Below are positions 21,116 through 31,600 of a stretch of DNA of 64,000 nt, piece by piece. Origin of the DNA: Coleofasciculus sp. B1-GNL1-01 (GTDB lineage Bacteria; Cyanobacteriota; Cyanobacteriia; Cyanobacteriales; Coleofasciculaceae); the NCBI GenBank assembly GCA_040220235.1, contig JAVJTO010000060.1, one strand, 5' to 3'. Each line of letters starts with the position of its first letter. Position 1 is the stretch's first letter. Position numbers and translations under genes: made by a program. The notes below the pieces were generated by a model. The model ran no database searches and had not been told where the DNA came from. It saw nothing but the letters and a program-made list of their open reading frames with translations.

Positions 21116-22441
21116 CTATACCACTGTTACTGGTCGCTCATTCCCTTTTGAAATCAGGCACTCATCAAATACTTCTTTTAAAATTGAACACCCCTTTTGC
21201 AAAGTAGACATTTCAATAGTCAAGGGGGGCAAGATTTTAATTACGGTATCATTTCTTCCCACTCGTTCAGCAATTAGTCCTCGTTCAAAACATCGGGAAG
21301 TTATCTGCTTGGTCAAACTGGCATCTTCAAACTGGGCAAGATCGATTCCCCAAATCATACCAATACCACGTATTTCTATTTTGTTATGAATTGATGCGAT
21401 TTGCTCATTTAAAAACTTTTTTAGAAAAGTCTCTTTAATGTTAACCTCTTGTTCAAGATTGGTAATTTCTCGATATTCTAAAGCGGCTGTTCCACCAACG
21501 AAGGCGAGTTGATTTCCTCTAAAAGTCCCCGTATGCTCACCAGGTTTCCAAATATCTAACTCTGGCTTAATTAATAAAAGGGACATGGGAAATCCGTAAC
21601 CACTGATAGATTTTGAGAGGACAACAATATCAGGAACGATATTCGCTCGTTCAAAGGAAAAGAATGAACCAATTCTACCACAACCTACTTGAATATCATC
21701 GCAAATCAATAAAATATCATGCTTGTCACACAACGCTCTGAGTTTTTGCATCCACTCAATCGGTGCGACAACAACTCCCCCTTCCGCTTGTACAGTTTCA
21801 AAGATGATTGCGGCGGGTTTCTTAATTCCAGAACTGACATCATTGAGGACTGATTCAATATATCCTATCGTATCAAAATTGTTCATAAATCCATAGGGAT
21901 AGGGCATAAAGGTGACATTATTTGATGTGCCAATTGTCCCTGAACGGATTGCTGTATTTCCCGTAACCGCTAAACTGCCCAAGGTCATGCCATGATAGGC
22001 TCCCATAAAGGAGAATATGCCTGTTCTTTTTTTGACTTTTCTGGCTAATTTTAAAGCTGCCTCCACAGCATTAGTGCCAGTGGAACCACAAAACTGGATT
22101 TGATAATCTAGGTTTTTGGGCATGAGGACTTTCTCGGAAAATTTAATTAAAAAGTTTTCTTTGGCGGATGTGTATAAATCTAAGCCATGGGCAATAGAGT
22201 CGGCTTCTAAATAGGACATCACTTGTTGTTTAATATAATCATTGTTGTGTCCATAGTTCAACGCCCCCGCACCCGATAGGAAATCAATATACTCTACTCC
22301 GGATTCTGAGTAGACCATAGACCCTTTTGCTCTATGGAATACGGTAGGAAAACTCCGACAATAACTTCTAACATTTGACTCACGCTGGGTAAAAATATTC
22401 ATGGTATTACTCACGGTTTTCGTATGGTGTAATGGATGCAA
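21116..22441 (-). CDS. Diaminobutyrate--2-oxoglutarate aminotransferase (EctB/Dat family, class III PLP)
   Basis: ESNVRSYCRSFP, DFLSGAGALNYGHN, ETVQAEGG, DDIQVGCGR, SKSISGYG, GEHTGTFRGN. Start may be ATG 22402. Confidence 0.92.
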   Translation of the reverse strand: MHPLHHTKTVSNTMNIFTQRESNVRSYCRSFPTVFHRAKGSMVYSESGVEYIDFLSGAGALNYGHNNDYIKQQVMSYLEADSIAHGLDLYTSAKENFLIKFSEKVLMPKNLDYQIQFCGSTGTNAVEAALKLARKVKKRTGIFSFMGAYHGMTLGSLAVTGNTAIRSGTIGTSNNVTFMPYPYGFMNNFDTIGYIESVLNDVSSGIKKPAAIIFETVQAEGGVVVAPIEWMQKLRALCDKHDILLICDDIQVGCGRIGSFFSFERANIVPDIVVLSKSISGYGFPMSLLLIKPELDIWKPGEHTGTFRGNQLAFVGGTAALEYREITNLEQEVNIKETFLKKFLNEQIASIHNKIEIRGIGMIWGIDLAQFEDASLTKQITSRCFERGLIAERVGRNDTVIKILPPLTIEMSTLQKGCSILKEVFDECLISKGNERPVTVV

Positions 22442-22455
22442 TAGAGAAGTCGGCT

Positions 22456-23901
22456 TTATACACTGACCTGTACTTGGTTTTGGTCTATGGGGGATGTTTC
22501 CTTAAAATCAAAATCGAAGGTGATTTCCTTTTCCCACTCTAAGGCGAGGCGCTGCTCCGTTTGGGTTAATATCGATAAGTCTTTAATCGGGATTTCAGGA
22601 TGAGTTGCCATACAATGAAGTATTATCTCGAAGTGGGTAAGAATTCCGTTAATCGTAGCAACATCAATACAACTGAAATCATAATTAATTCCCAACACTA
22701 ACGAAGACCCAGGCATAATGACCACAGTTATGGAATAGTTTATTTTGTAAAAGTTGGTAAATTTGGATACTTCTATACTTCTGTTTCCCTCCCGTAAACT
22801 TGGAGGTACAGGTAGGTTTTCAAAGACCACGATGCTCTCAAACAAAGGCATACCTCGTGGCACATCACTCCATCCTTGAACGTCTACCAGAGGGCTATAT
22901 TCATACTGACGCATTTCTACCAGTTGAGCCTGAAGCTGTTTGAGCCAAGATAACAGAGACTGTTCAGGATTTATCTTGACTCGTACAGGCAAGGTGTTCA
23001 CCAACATCCCTACAATTGATTCTGCCCCGACCAAATCGGCTGGACGACCAGAAACAGTACACCCATAGACCACATCCTTTTCGCCACTATAACGACTGAG
23101 CAGTATAGCCCAGGCTCCTTGAATTAAAGTATTTAGTGTTAGTTGATGCTGCTTTGCTAGGGACTGTAGTGCGGCTGTCTTGGCTTCGGATAGGATGATT
23201 TGTTGATCATTATATTGTTCATCTTGGTTAGCCAAGCTGCCAACATCGTCAGCATATAAGTGGGTTAGCGGCGTGGGCGCTTTTACTCCCTGGAGTACCC
23301 GCCGCCAAAATACCTCAGCCTTGGATAAGTCCTGTTGCTGTAACCAATCGATGTAGTTTTGGAAAGGAATGCTAGGTGCTAACGATAACGTTTGACCTTG
23401 ACAAAACGCTTCGTAAAACTGAACCACTTCATCCAGTACCATGGGGGCTGACCACCCATCCACGATTAAAAAGTGTCGGCTCCAGATAAATTGGTAATAC
23501 TGGTCAGCGCAGCGAAACAAGGTTAGACGCATTTGGCATTCTTGGGATAGATCAAAACCTTGTTGGCGATCGCATTTCAAAAAAGCCGTTAAGCGTTTGT
23601 CTTGTTCAACGGGATCTAGTCCTCGCCAATCCTGCTGTTCTAGGGGCAGGTTAACTTGTTTATACACCACTTGTAAGGGGTTATCAACGTCTTCCCAATA
23701 AAAACCACTTCGCAAGATGGTGTGCCGAGAAACGACTTGCTGCCACGCCTGCTCAAAGGCGACAGAATTAAGATTGCCCTGGAGCGCAAATCTTGTTTGG
23801 AAAAAATATTGCCCAAACTCGGGAGCGTACAAACTATGAAAGAGAATTCCTTTCTGTATCGGGGTAAGTTCGTAGATATCTTCGATGTTTTCGGTTTTCA
23901 T
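22456..23901 (-). CDS. Stand-alone condensation domain protein (DCL-like) with HF instead of HH
   Basis: IEDIYELTPIQKGILFH, RHFLIVDGWS, VSGRP, GMLVNTLPVR; no A or T domain. Confidence 0.85.
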   Translation of the reverse strand: MKTENIEDIYELTPIQKGILFHSLYAPEFGQYFFQTRFALQGNLNSVAFEQAWQQVVSRHTILRSGFYWEDVDNPLQVVYKQVNLPLEQQDWRGLDPVEQDKRLTAFLKCDRQQGFDLSQECQMRLTLFRCADQYYQFIWSRHFLIVDGWSAPMVLDEVVQFYEAFCQGQTLSLAPSIPFQNYIDWLQQQDLSKAEVFWRRVLQGVKAPTPLTHLYADDVGSLANQDEQYNDQQIILSEAKTAALQSLAKQHQLTLNTLIQGAWAILLSRYSGEKDVVYGCTVSGRPADLVGAESIVGMLVNTLPVRVKINPEQSLLSWLKQLQAQLVEMRQYEYSPLVDVQGWSDVPRGMPLFESIVVFENLPVPPSLREGNRSIEVSKFTNFYKINYSITVVIMPGSSLVLGINYDFSCIDVATINGILTHFEIILHCMATHPEIPIKDLSILTQTEQRLALEWEKEITFDFDFKETSPIDQNQVQVSV

Positions 23902-23955
23902 CGTTTCTCTCCTGAAAATAGTGCTGAGTAGTGGCTTAAGGGTATCGAATGTGGG

Positions 23956-26900
23956 TTAACTTGTTTTATTTGTCCTTTGGTTGAGTTTGGCGAGGAACTG
24001 ATCTAGATCTTTTTGGTTTAAATTCGCTTTGGGAAAGTCAGAGGGTGTATAATCTCTAGCGTTGGCAGATTGACAATGGGTGATGAGCGATCGCAATGTC
24101 TCGACAAATCGTGTCGTGAGTTGTTGGATGGTTTCCGGGTGATGGATTTTGGCGTTGTAAGTCCACTCCAGTTGGAGTTGCTCCTCCAGCACAAATCCGT
24201 TGATTTCTAATAGATAGCGTCGATTAGTGCTGGGGTTGATGCCAGGAATCGGCTTGATTGGTTCAAACCATGAGGATTCAGATAACACCGTCTCAAACGA
24301 GTCTAAATAGCTGAATCTCACCTCCGCTTGGGGTAGGGACGCAACTATCGACCTGTCCTCGTTCAGATAGCGCAGCACACCATAGTCAATACCCTGATTC
24401 GGAATACTCCGAAGTTGTTCTTTAATGGCTTTGAGTGCCTCCCCTGGCTCTAGAATCCCTTCTAAGGTCAGCAGTGCTGGGAAGCGGGTTGTAAATCTGC
24501 CCACTGTGCGGGATAGATCAATATCGTTAGCGATCGCGTCTCGTCCTTGTCCTTCCAAATCCACCAGCAGGGAGTGTCCCTGTGTCCACTGGTTAAAGGT
24601 TTGTACTAATGCGGTGAGCAGTACATCGTTGATTTGGGTACGATACGCGGCTGGCACGTCCTGTAACAAGGCATGAGTTTCTTGAACACTCAGAGAAACT
24701 ACAATAGTCTGAACCCAGTCCGTTGTATTCGCCCCGTTTGGATCATCCACAGGCAGGGGAGAGATAGATTGATGGGATGCTTGTAGCCAGTAGTCGCGCT
24801 CTTGCTGGAGTTGAGCGGATCGCGCATAGTGTAAATACTCAGACCATTGCTTGAAAGAGGTTGTTTTTGGAGACAGTTGAACGAGCTGCCCTTGGCTGAG
24901 TTGCTGGTAGACTTGCTGAAGATCTGCCAGCAAAATTCCCCAAGAAACGCTATCCACCACTAAATGATGCATCACGAGTAGCAGGCGGTGCGGCTGGTTC
25001 TCACCTAGATTAAATAGAGCCACCTGCAATAGGGAACCCTCCGTCAGGTTTAGGCTAGCTTGCAGTTGGGAAATGGTGGTGTCAATGGCAGTGTCTTGGT
25101 CTGCTGCCGATTGACCCGACAAATCAATGTAGGAGAAAGGCACGGTTTCGTCGGCATCCCATCCAGAATTAACCAGTTGCCACCCGGATTCTGTGGGGAT
25201 AAACCGCAGGCGCAGGGCGTCATGGTGTTCTAGCAAATCCTGCACTGTTTGCTCTAGGAGAGCCGGAACCATGGCGTCATGGACTTCTAAGAGTAACCCT
25301 TGACTCCAATGATGCGGATTATCAGGCTTCTGCTCAAAGAACTCGTATTGATTCGGTGTCAAAGGCAGTGAACCCGTTACCATACCTTGTTCCGCGTCGA
25401 AGGTTGGCGTTGTACCGACAACGGCGGCTAACCCCGCTACAGTTGGGTACTCAAATAGCTGCTTGGGTGTCGCCTGTAAACCCGCCTGGTTAACTCTGGC
25501 GATGATTTGAATGCTCATAATCGAATCGCCGCCTAACTCAAAAAAGTTGTCATGAATACCGACTCGCTCAATTTCCAGTACCTGCGCCCAAATCCTGGCG
25601 ATCGTGTCTTCGATGGGGGTGCGGGGAGGAACGAATTTCGCTTCTAACTCCGGTCTAACGTTGTCTGGGGCGGGTAACGCTTGGCGATTGACCTTGCCAT
25701 TGAGGGTGAGCGGTAATGCTTTGAGCTGTACAAACGTGGAGGGTATCATATACTCCGGCAGCTTTTCGTTGAGGAAGTTCCGGAGGTCACTGACCGAAAT
25801 ATCTGACTGAGAATGGGGGACAATGTAAGCAATGAGACGCTGGTTTCCGGATTCGTCATGCCGCCCTAGGGTGATCGCTTGCTCAATTTCCGGATGAAGT
25901 GCGAGTGTTGATTCAATCTCTCCCGGTTCAATGCGGAAGCCGCGAATCTTCAGTTGATGGTCAATTCGCCCCAGAAACTCAATTGTGCCATCAGGCAGAT
26001 AACGCGCCACGTCTCCCGTTTTGTATAACCGTGATCCCGACTCATGGCTAAAGGGGTTGGGAATAAATCTCTCGTTTGTTAAGTCGGGTTGGTTCAGATA
26101 CCCCCGCGCCAGATTATCTCCACCGATATAAAGTTCGCCGCCTACACCTATCGGGACAGGTTGTAAATGCTCGTCCAGAATGTAAACCTGAGTATTAGCA
26201 AGAGGACGCCCAATGGGGACAGTCTGCGATCGCTCCCAAATTGCTCTATCTTCGATGGAATAAGTTAGGACTCCAATTGTCGTTTCTGTTGGTCCATAGT
26301 GATTGACAATTTGGCAAGTTGGTGCATACTGCTGGAGTTTCTCCACTAATATCCAACTCAGCGCCTCGCCCCCCAGAATCAGGTGCTTTTTGGGTAAAAT
26401 CTTCTCCGGGTGAGATGCACTTAAAAGCGCTTTTAGGTGAGACGGGACAATTTTGAGACAATCAATGGGATGATGGTTGCAGTAATCGGCTAAGGCTTCT
26501 GGATTCGTTGACCGCTCCTGGGAGATAATAGACAGAGATCCCCCGGTACACAATGCTGAGAAGATGGCAGTGTTACCTAAATCGGCGGCGAAGGTAGAAA
26601 CCGTTGCGAAACTAGCACCTCTGGGTAAGTCGAGTTGGTTGATAATTCCGTTCAGATAATTAAGTAGTTGCCGATGCTCAACGGCGACACCCTTGGGTTT
26701 GCCTGTAGAACCTGATGTATAAATAACGTAGACTAGATTTTCACGGGTGACTTCACTACTGGGATTGGTATCACTCTGTTGAGCCATAGTATCCCAGTCT
26801 GTATCTAAACAGATTACCTGTGCGGCAAGAGTTGGACAAGTTTCGACTAACGACTGTTGGGTTAAGAGGATGGGAACTTGAGCATCCTGCAACCGGAAGG

Positions 26901-28530
26901 TTAGAGCCTCAATGGGTAAGGCTGGATCGATGGGTAAGTAGGCGCCTCCGGCTTTGAGGATACCCAGGAGTCCGACAATCATGTCTAGGGAACGCTCTAC
27001 CCACAATCCCACTAGCACTTCTGGCTTGACTCCCCGTTGCTGCAAGGTGTGAGCCAGTTGATTGGCTTTTTGGTTAAGCTGGGCATAGGTTAACTGTTGG
27101 TCTTCAAACACAACAGCAATAGTATTCGGTGTCTTTTTTACCTGTTCTTCAAAGCGTTGGTGAATACATTGATCTAGAGGGTAATCAATCTGGGTGTGGT
27201 TAAACTCGACCAGAAGTTGTTGGCGATCACTAGGCGTGAGCATCTCTAAGTGACTAATGAGCGCCTCTGGATTTTCAATCGCACTGGTTAATAGAGTCTG
27301 AAACTGTCTAGACAGGCGTTGAATGGCATCTACAGAGAATAAATTAGTATCGTAATGAACGTCTACACTCAGAGAGTTGTTGCTACTAATACAGGTCAGT
27401 TTAACCTTGAACGGTTCAATACAGGTGTACTGCTTGTAAAGAGAGAATGAAACACCAGCACTCAACCATTGGTCCGACCATTCAACCCATTCAAAACCAA
27501 TTTGAGACGTTATTCTATCCTCATTCCAGCAAAAATAATCTTGCCATTCTTCAGCATCAACCGTCGCTTTTTTAACGAGTTCTAAGGCTTCTGTGAAGTG
27601 CAAATCTGGTACAACGTGAATTTTAATCGGCAGCCAAGTAGCAAGTAGCCCTAGTACGTTATGCAGGGGTTCATATTCTCCGTCTCTGCGATCGTAGATT
27701 GTGCCGACGACAATATCTGACTGTCCTGTAACTCGCCAAAGCAGGATTTGCCAACAGGTGAGTAGCACGACAGACGCTGAAGTCTCATACTGCTGCACCA
27801 GCGCCTCAATTTTTTCGAGTACATCAGAGCCAAGCGTCACGCTCAGACAGCTAGGATTAAATTTTGACTGTGGTAAAGATTCGCTCTCAAAAGGCAGCTT
27901 TAATCTGTTTGCATTTGAGAAATCTTGCTGCTCCCAATACTCTTTCCCTGCTTCAGCATCGTCGTCTTCGAGTAACTGATTATGCCACTCTGAAAATTGA
28001 ACATATTGCACCACTGGATCGGACACTTCCTCACCTTGTAGGTAAGCCGAGTAAGCCTTACTAATTTCAGCGACCAAATTCTTGAGAGTCCAAGCATCGC
28101 CACAAAGGGAAGGTAAGCTAACTATCAAAACGTGCTTAGTGGCTGAGAGCTTGAGTAGAAATGAACGCAAAATCGCTCCTTGCTCTAAGTCAAAGCCTTG
28201 GAGTCTCTGTTCCAGAAAAAGGGACTCAATTTTAGCATCTTGTTCCTCCGCTTCCAAATCACTCAAATTGATGTTGTGCCACGACCAGCTACTGCTATCA
28301 GTTATAACCATGACTGGCATTTTTATCCCAGGTAGGCGGCTAAAATTTGTACGTAGAATTCTCTGCCGATTGACAACGTTCTGTAAAGCACAGTTCAATA
28401 TCTCTGGTTTGAGATGACCTTCTAGCAGAAGGGCGCCTTGGACACAGTAAGCTGAACTATTTTGCTGTAATGACCAAACACGCTTCTGTTGAGGAGAAAG
28501 TCGAAAGCCTTTAGTAATTTGATTTTGCAT
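23956..28530 (-). CDS. NRPS: interface domain-A(Asp)-T-E
   Basis: N-terminal C-like domain with LPSLCGD; A code DLTK(L/I)GHIGK (Asp-type) from FAADLGNT, CLKIVP, NHYGPTETTIG; T GGDSI; E HHLVVDSVSW, EGQGRD. Confidence 0.9.
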   Translation of the reverse strand: MQNQITKGFRLSPQQKRVWSLQQNSSAYCVQGALLLEGHLKPEILNCALQNVVNRQRILRTNFSRLPGIKMPVMVITDSSSWSWHNINLSDLEAEEQDAKIESLFLEQRLQGFDLEQGAILRSFLLKLSATKHVLIVSLPSLCGDAWTLKNLVAEISKAYSAYLQGEEVSDPVVQYVQFSEWHNQLLEDDDAEAGKEYWEQQDFSNANRLKLPFESESLPQSKFNPSCLSVTLGSDVLEKIEALVQQYETSASVVLLTCWQILLWRVTGQSDIVVGTIYDRRDGEYEPLHNVLGLLATWLPIKIHVVPDLHFTEALELVKKATVDAEEWQDYFCWNEDRITSQIGFEWVEWSDQWLSAGVSFSLYKQYTCIEPFKVKLTCISSNNSLSVDVHYDTNLFSVDAIQRLSRQFQTLLTSAIENPEALISHLEMLTPSDRQQLLVEFNHTQIDYPLDQCIHQRFEEQVKKTPNTIAVVFEDQQLTYAQLNQKANQLAHTLQQRGVKPEVLVGLWVERSLDMIVGLLGILKAGGAYLPIDPALPIEALTFRLQDAQVPILLTQQSLVETCPTLAAQVICLDTDWDTMAQQSDTNPSSEVTRENLVYVIYTSGSTGKPKGVAVEHRQLLNYLNGIINQLDLPRGASFATVSTFAADLGNTAIFSALCTGGSLSIISQERSTNPEALADYCNHHPIDCLKIVPSHLKALLSASHPEKILPKKHLILGGEALSWILVEKLQQYAPTCQIVNHYGPTETTIGVLTYSIEDRAIWERSQTVPIGRPLANTQVYILDEHLQPVPIGVGGELYIGGDNLARGYLNQPDLTNERFIPNPFSHESGSRLYKTGDVARYLPDGTIEFLGRIDHQLKIRGFRIEPGEIESTLALHPEIEQAITLGRHDESGNQRLIAYIVPHSQSDISVSDLRNFLNEKLPEYMIPSTFVQLKALPLTLNGKVNRQALPAPDNVRPELEAKFVPPRTPIEDTIARIWAQVLEIERVGIHDNFFELGGDSIMSIQIIARVNQAGLQATPKQLFEYPTVAGLAAVVGTTPTFDAEQGMVTGSLPLTPNQYEFFEQKPDNPHHWSQGLLLEVHDAMVPALLEQTVQDLLEHHDALRLRFIPTESGWQLVNSGWDADETVPFSYIDLSGQSAADQDTAIDTTISQLQASLNLTEGSLLQVALFNLGENQPHRLLLVMHHLVVDSVSWGILLADLQQVYQQLSQGQLVQLSPKTTSFKQWSEYLHYARSAQLQQERDYWLQASHQSISPLPVDDPNGANTTDWVQTIVVSLSVQETHALLQDVPAAYRTQINDVLLTALVQTFNQWTQGHSLLVDLEGQGRDAIANDIDLSRTVGRFTTRFPALLTLEGILEPGEALKAIKEQLRSIPNQGIDYGVLRYLNEDRSIVASLPQAEVRFSYLDSFETVLSESSWFEPIKPIPGINPSTNRRYLLEINGFVLEEQLQLEWTYNAKIHHPETIQQLTTRFVETLRSLITHCQSANARDYTPSDFPKANLNQKDLDQFLAKLNQRTNKTS

Positions 28531-28608
28531 TTATACACATCTACTCATTTAGCTGTTTACGATCTATAAAGCAGGCTCTTGATCCTCTTTACCTAATACT
28601 CATGTAAA

Positions 28609-31600
28609 TTAAGCCCCTTGAACCATTTCACCCATTGTCACCACAATCTTACGATCGCCTACGTAAGGATTGCGTCCGTGAGCAGCCAGCATATTATCTA
28701 GCATTAACACATCTCCTCTCTGCCAAGGAAAGCTCACTTGAGCGTTTTGGTAAACTGCCATAATTTCTTCAATGACAGAATCTTCAATTGGCGAGTGATC
28801 ACCATAGTAAACATGCCGTGGAAGATTATCTTCACTGAAAGTAGAGAGTAAGGATTCCCTAACTTCTGGTTTTAGGCAAGAGGCATGGTGTAACTGGATT
28901 TGATTAAAAAATACCGACTCACCCGTCTGAGGATGCTGGATAATTGCCGGACGCACCTGACGAGTTCTTAAGCCTCCATCTGGTTTCCACTCAACATGAA
29001 TTGATGCTTTGCGACAATAGTCCTCCACTTTCTTCTTATCAGTGGTATGAAAAAAGTCTTGCCAGCTTACATCCAAACCATTGGTATAGTTTCGGACATA
29101 CATTAACTGCTTTTTATCAAATATTTCTAGCAGTTTTGGATCGAGTAATTGAAAGATTTTCCGACAGTCAACTATCGGCGTTTCTCCCCCTGATTGAGAC
29201 GGTTGCACACAGAAAAACCAGATTTTTTGGGGCCAGCAGTGCAGATGAGAACTTTCGTTGTGAAATAAGATAGCCTGGTCGGAAGGATAGGGGGTCGAGC
29301 CATAAACTTTTCCAGAAACTCCTTCACGCGGTAAATCACCGTATTCTCCAAATAAACTTGGACAAATAGCTTCAGCTAACCTTTCAAACTCAAAGATTGA
29401 GTTAATATCAAATTCTCGGAAAAGAATAGCGCCATGCTTTAAGAGTTTGCTCTCTATTAATTCCCGATTACTCTTAACCCATTGTATTACACAAACCTCT
29501 TCAATATTCGGTTTAATTACAAAAGGCAATGTTTCCTTGGTCGGTAAATAACCCGTCTTTATCAGTTTCTCTTGTGATAAGTCTACAGCTTGAGGTTGAA
29601 CTGCCAAAAACTGCTTGAGTTTTGTGATTTTATTCTGTTTTTTCACAGCTTGTTGTTCTTTTTCAGTTTCCGTACTCATGTCTAGAGTATTTATTCTGGC
29701 ATCAGGTTGCGCCACAATGGTCTTGAGTAGCGTCTCTAACTGACCTGACATACGGTTGATCGTGGCGGCTTCAAACAAGTCAGCATTGTACTGCCACTTT
29801 CCTTCAATCCCTTGATCCGTTTCTGTCAGAAATAAAACCAAATCAAACCTTGCTATTTCGTTATCGACCTCCAGAAGGCTTAGCGTTAGTCCTGGTAACT
29901 CCAAAGGCGGCATCGGGGCATTTTGAAGTACAAACAACACCTGAAATAGAGGGGTGTGGCTCGATTTTCGCTTAGGCTGTAGAGCGTCTACTAATTTGTC
30001 GAAGGGTAAATCTTGATGAGCATAAGCTCCTAAGGCTACCTCCCGTACTCGTTTAAGCAACTCTCGGAAACTGGGGTTTCCACTCAAGTCGGTACGCAAG
30101 ACTAGCAAGTTGACAAAAAAACCAATCAATGGCTCTATCTCAGCCCGATTACGATTGGCAACATCAGTACCGACAACAATGTCATCTTGATGGGTGTAGC
30201 GTTGTAGCAGTACCTGAAAACCTGCCAGCAGAGTCATGAATAAGGTAACTCCCTCTTGGTGCGAGAGTGCTTGGAGCGCTTTGGATAGGTTGGCGGGAAT
30301 TAGGAACGATTGAGTAGCACCTCGGTTGGTTTTTACTTCTTCTCTAGGACGAACTGTAGGCAATTGCAGCACAGGTAGATTACCACCCAATTGCTGCTTC
30401 CAGTAAGCGAGTTGGGCTTCCAGTACCTCTCCTTGCAACCACTGTCGTTGCCAAACGGCAAAGTCTGCGTACTGGATAGGCAGTTCTGGTAGTGGAGAGG
30501 GCTGACCGTCACAAAAGGCTTCGTAAAGTGCGGCGAACTCTCGTACCAACACGCCTATTGACCAACCATCTGAAACAATGTGATGAATTGTGAACAATAG
30601 GACATGCTCTTTCTCGTCAAGGCGTAGGAGAGTGTATCGCAGAAGTGGTCCTTGAACCAGGTTGAAAGGGCGTTGGGCTTCTTGACGAGCTAGGCGCTGA
30701 ACCTCAGCTTCTCGTGCAGCTTCTGGCCAATCGCAAATATCTATTATGGGCAGGCTCAGATTGAGGGCTGGGGTTATCACTTGAACGGGTTGCCCATCAG
30801 TTTGGGAAAAGGTCGTTCGTAGACCTTCGTGACGACGCACGATTTCATTGAAACTCTGTTCTAGTACAGTGACATTGAGTTCCCCAACTAGGCGCACGGC
30901 AGCAGGAGTATTGTAAATACCACTGTTTGGCTGTAGTTGCTCTAGTAACCACAGTCGCTGTTGAGCAAAGGACAGGGGTTGCTTGGCTTGTCGGGAGACA
31001 CGCTCAATGGTATAAGCTTTGTGTTCTAGTTCTGCCTTCATTAGCTCTTGGATGCCCTTAGCCAGTCCAGCTATGGTCGGTGACTCAAACAAGCAGCGTA
31101 GCGGCAGTTCTACCTTGAAGGTTTTTCGTAGGAGAGAAATCACCTGAGTAGCCAAGAGTGAATGTCCACCTAACTCAAAGAAATTGTCGTAGACCCCTAC
31201 CTGCTTGAGACCAAGAACTTGAGTCCAAATCCTAGCTAGCTCTTGTTCAAGGGAATCGCGAGGTGCGACAAAAGAGCTTTTCAGATAGGAGCTAGCGATA
31301 TCAGGTGCGGGCAGAACACTACGATCTATCTTGCCGTTGGGTGTCAGCGGTAGCACCTCTAACTGCATAAAGACCGACGGCATCATATAATTCGGTAGCT
31401 TTTCCTCTAATAAGTTACGCAGTTCGTGAATGATGCCATCTAACGATGCCTGAGCCAGCAAATACGCTACCAAGCGCTGGTTGCCAGGTTCATCTTCCCT
31501 AGCTATAACCACAGCTTGTTGCACGGCTTGGTGTTGGCTCAGTACAGCTTCAATCTCTCCTAGCTCAATGCGGCAGCCGCGAATTTTTACCTGATGGTCG

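Noticed and set aside
21116..22441. Ectoine biosynthesis (ectB)
   Set aside because: No ectA or ectC nearby, and the gene sits beside a Dab-specific A domain, so precursor supply is the simpler reading.
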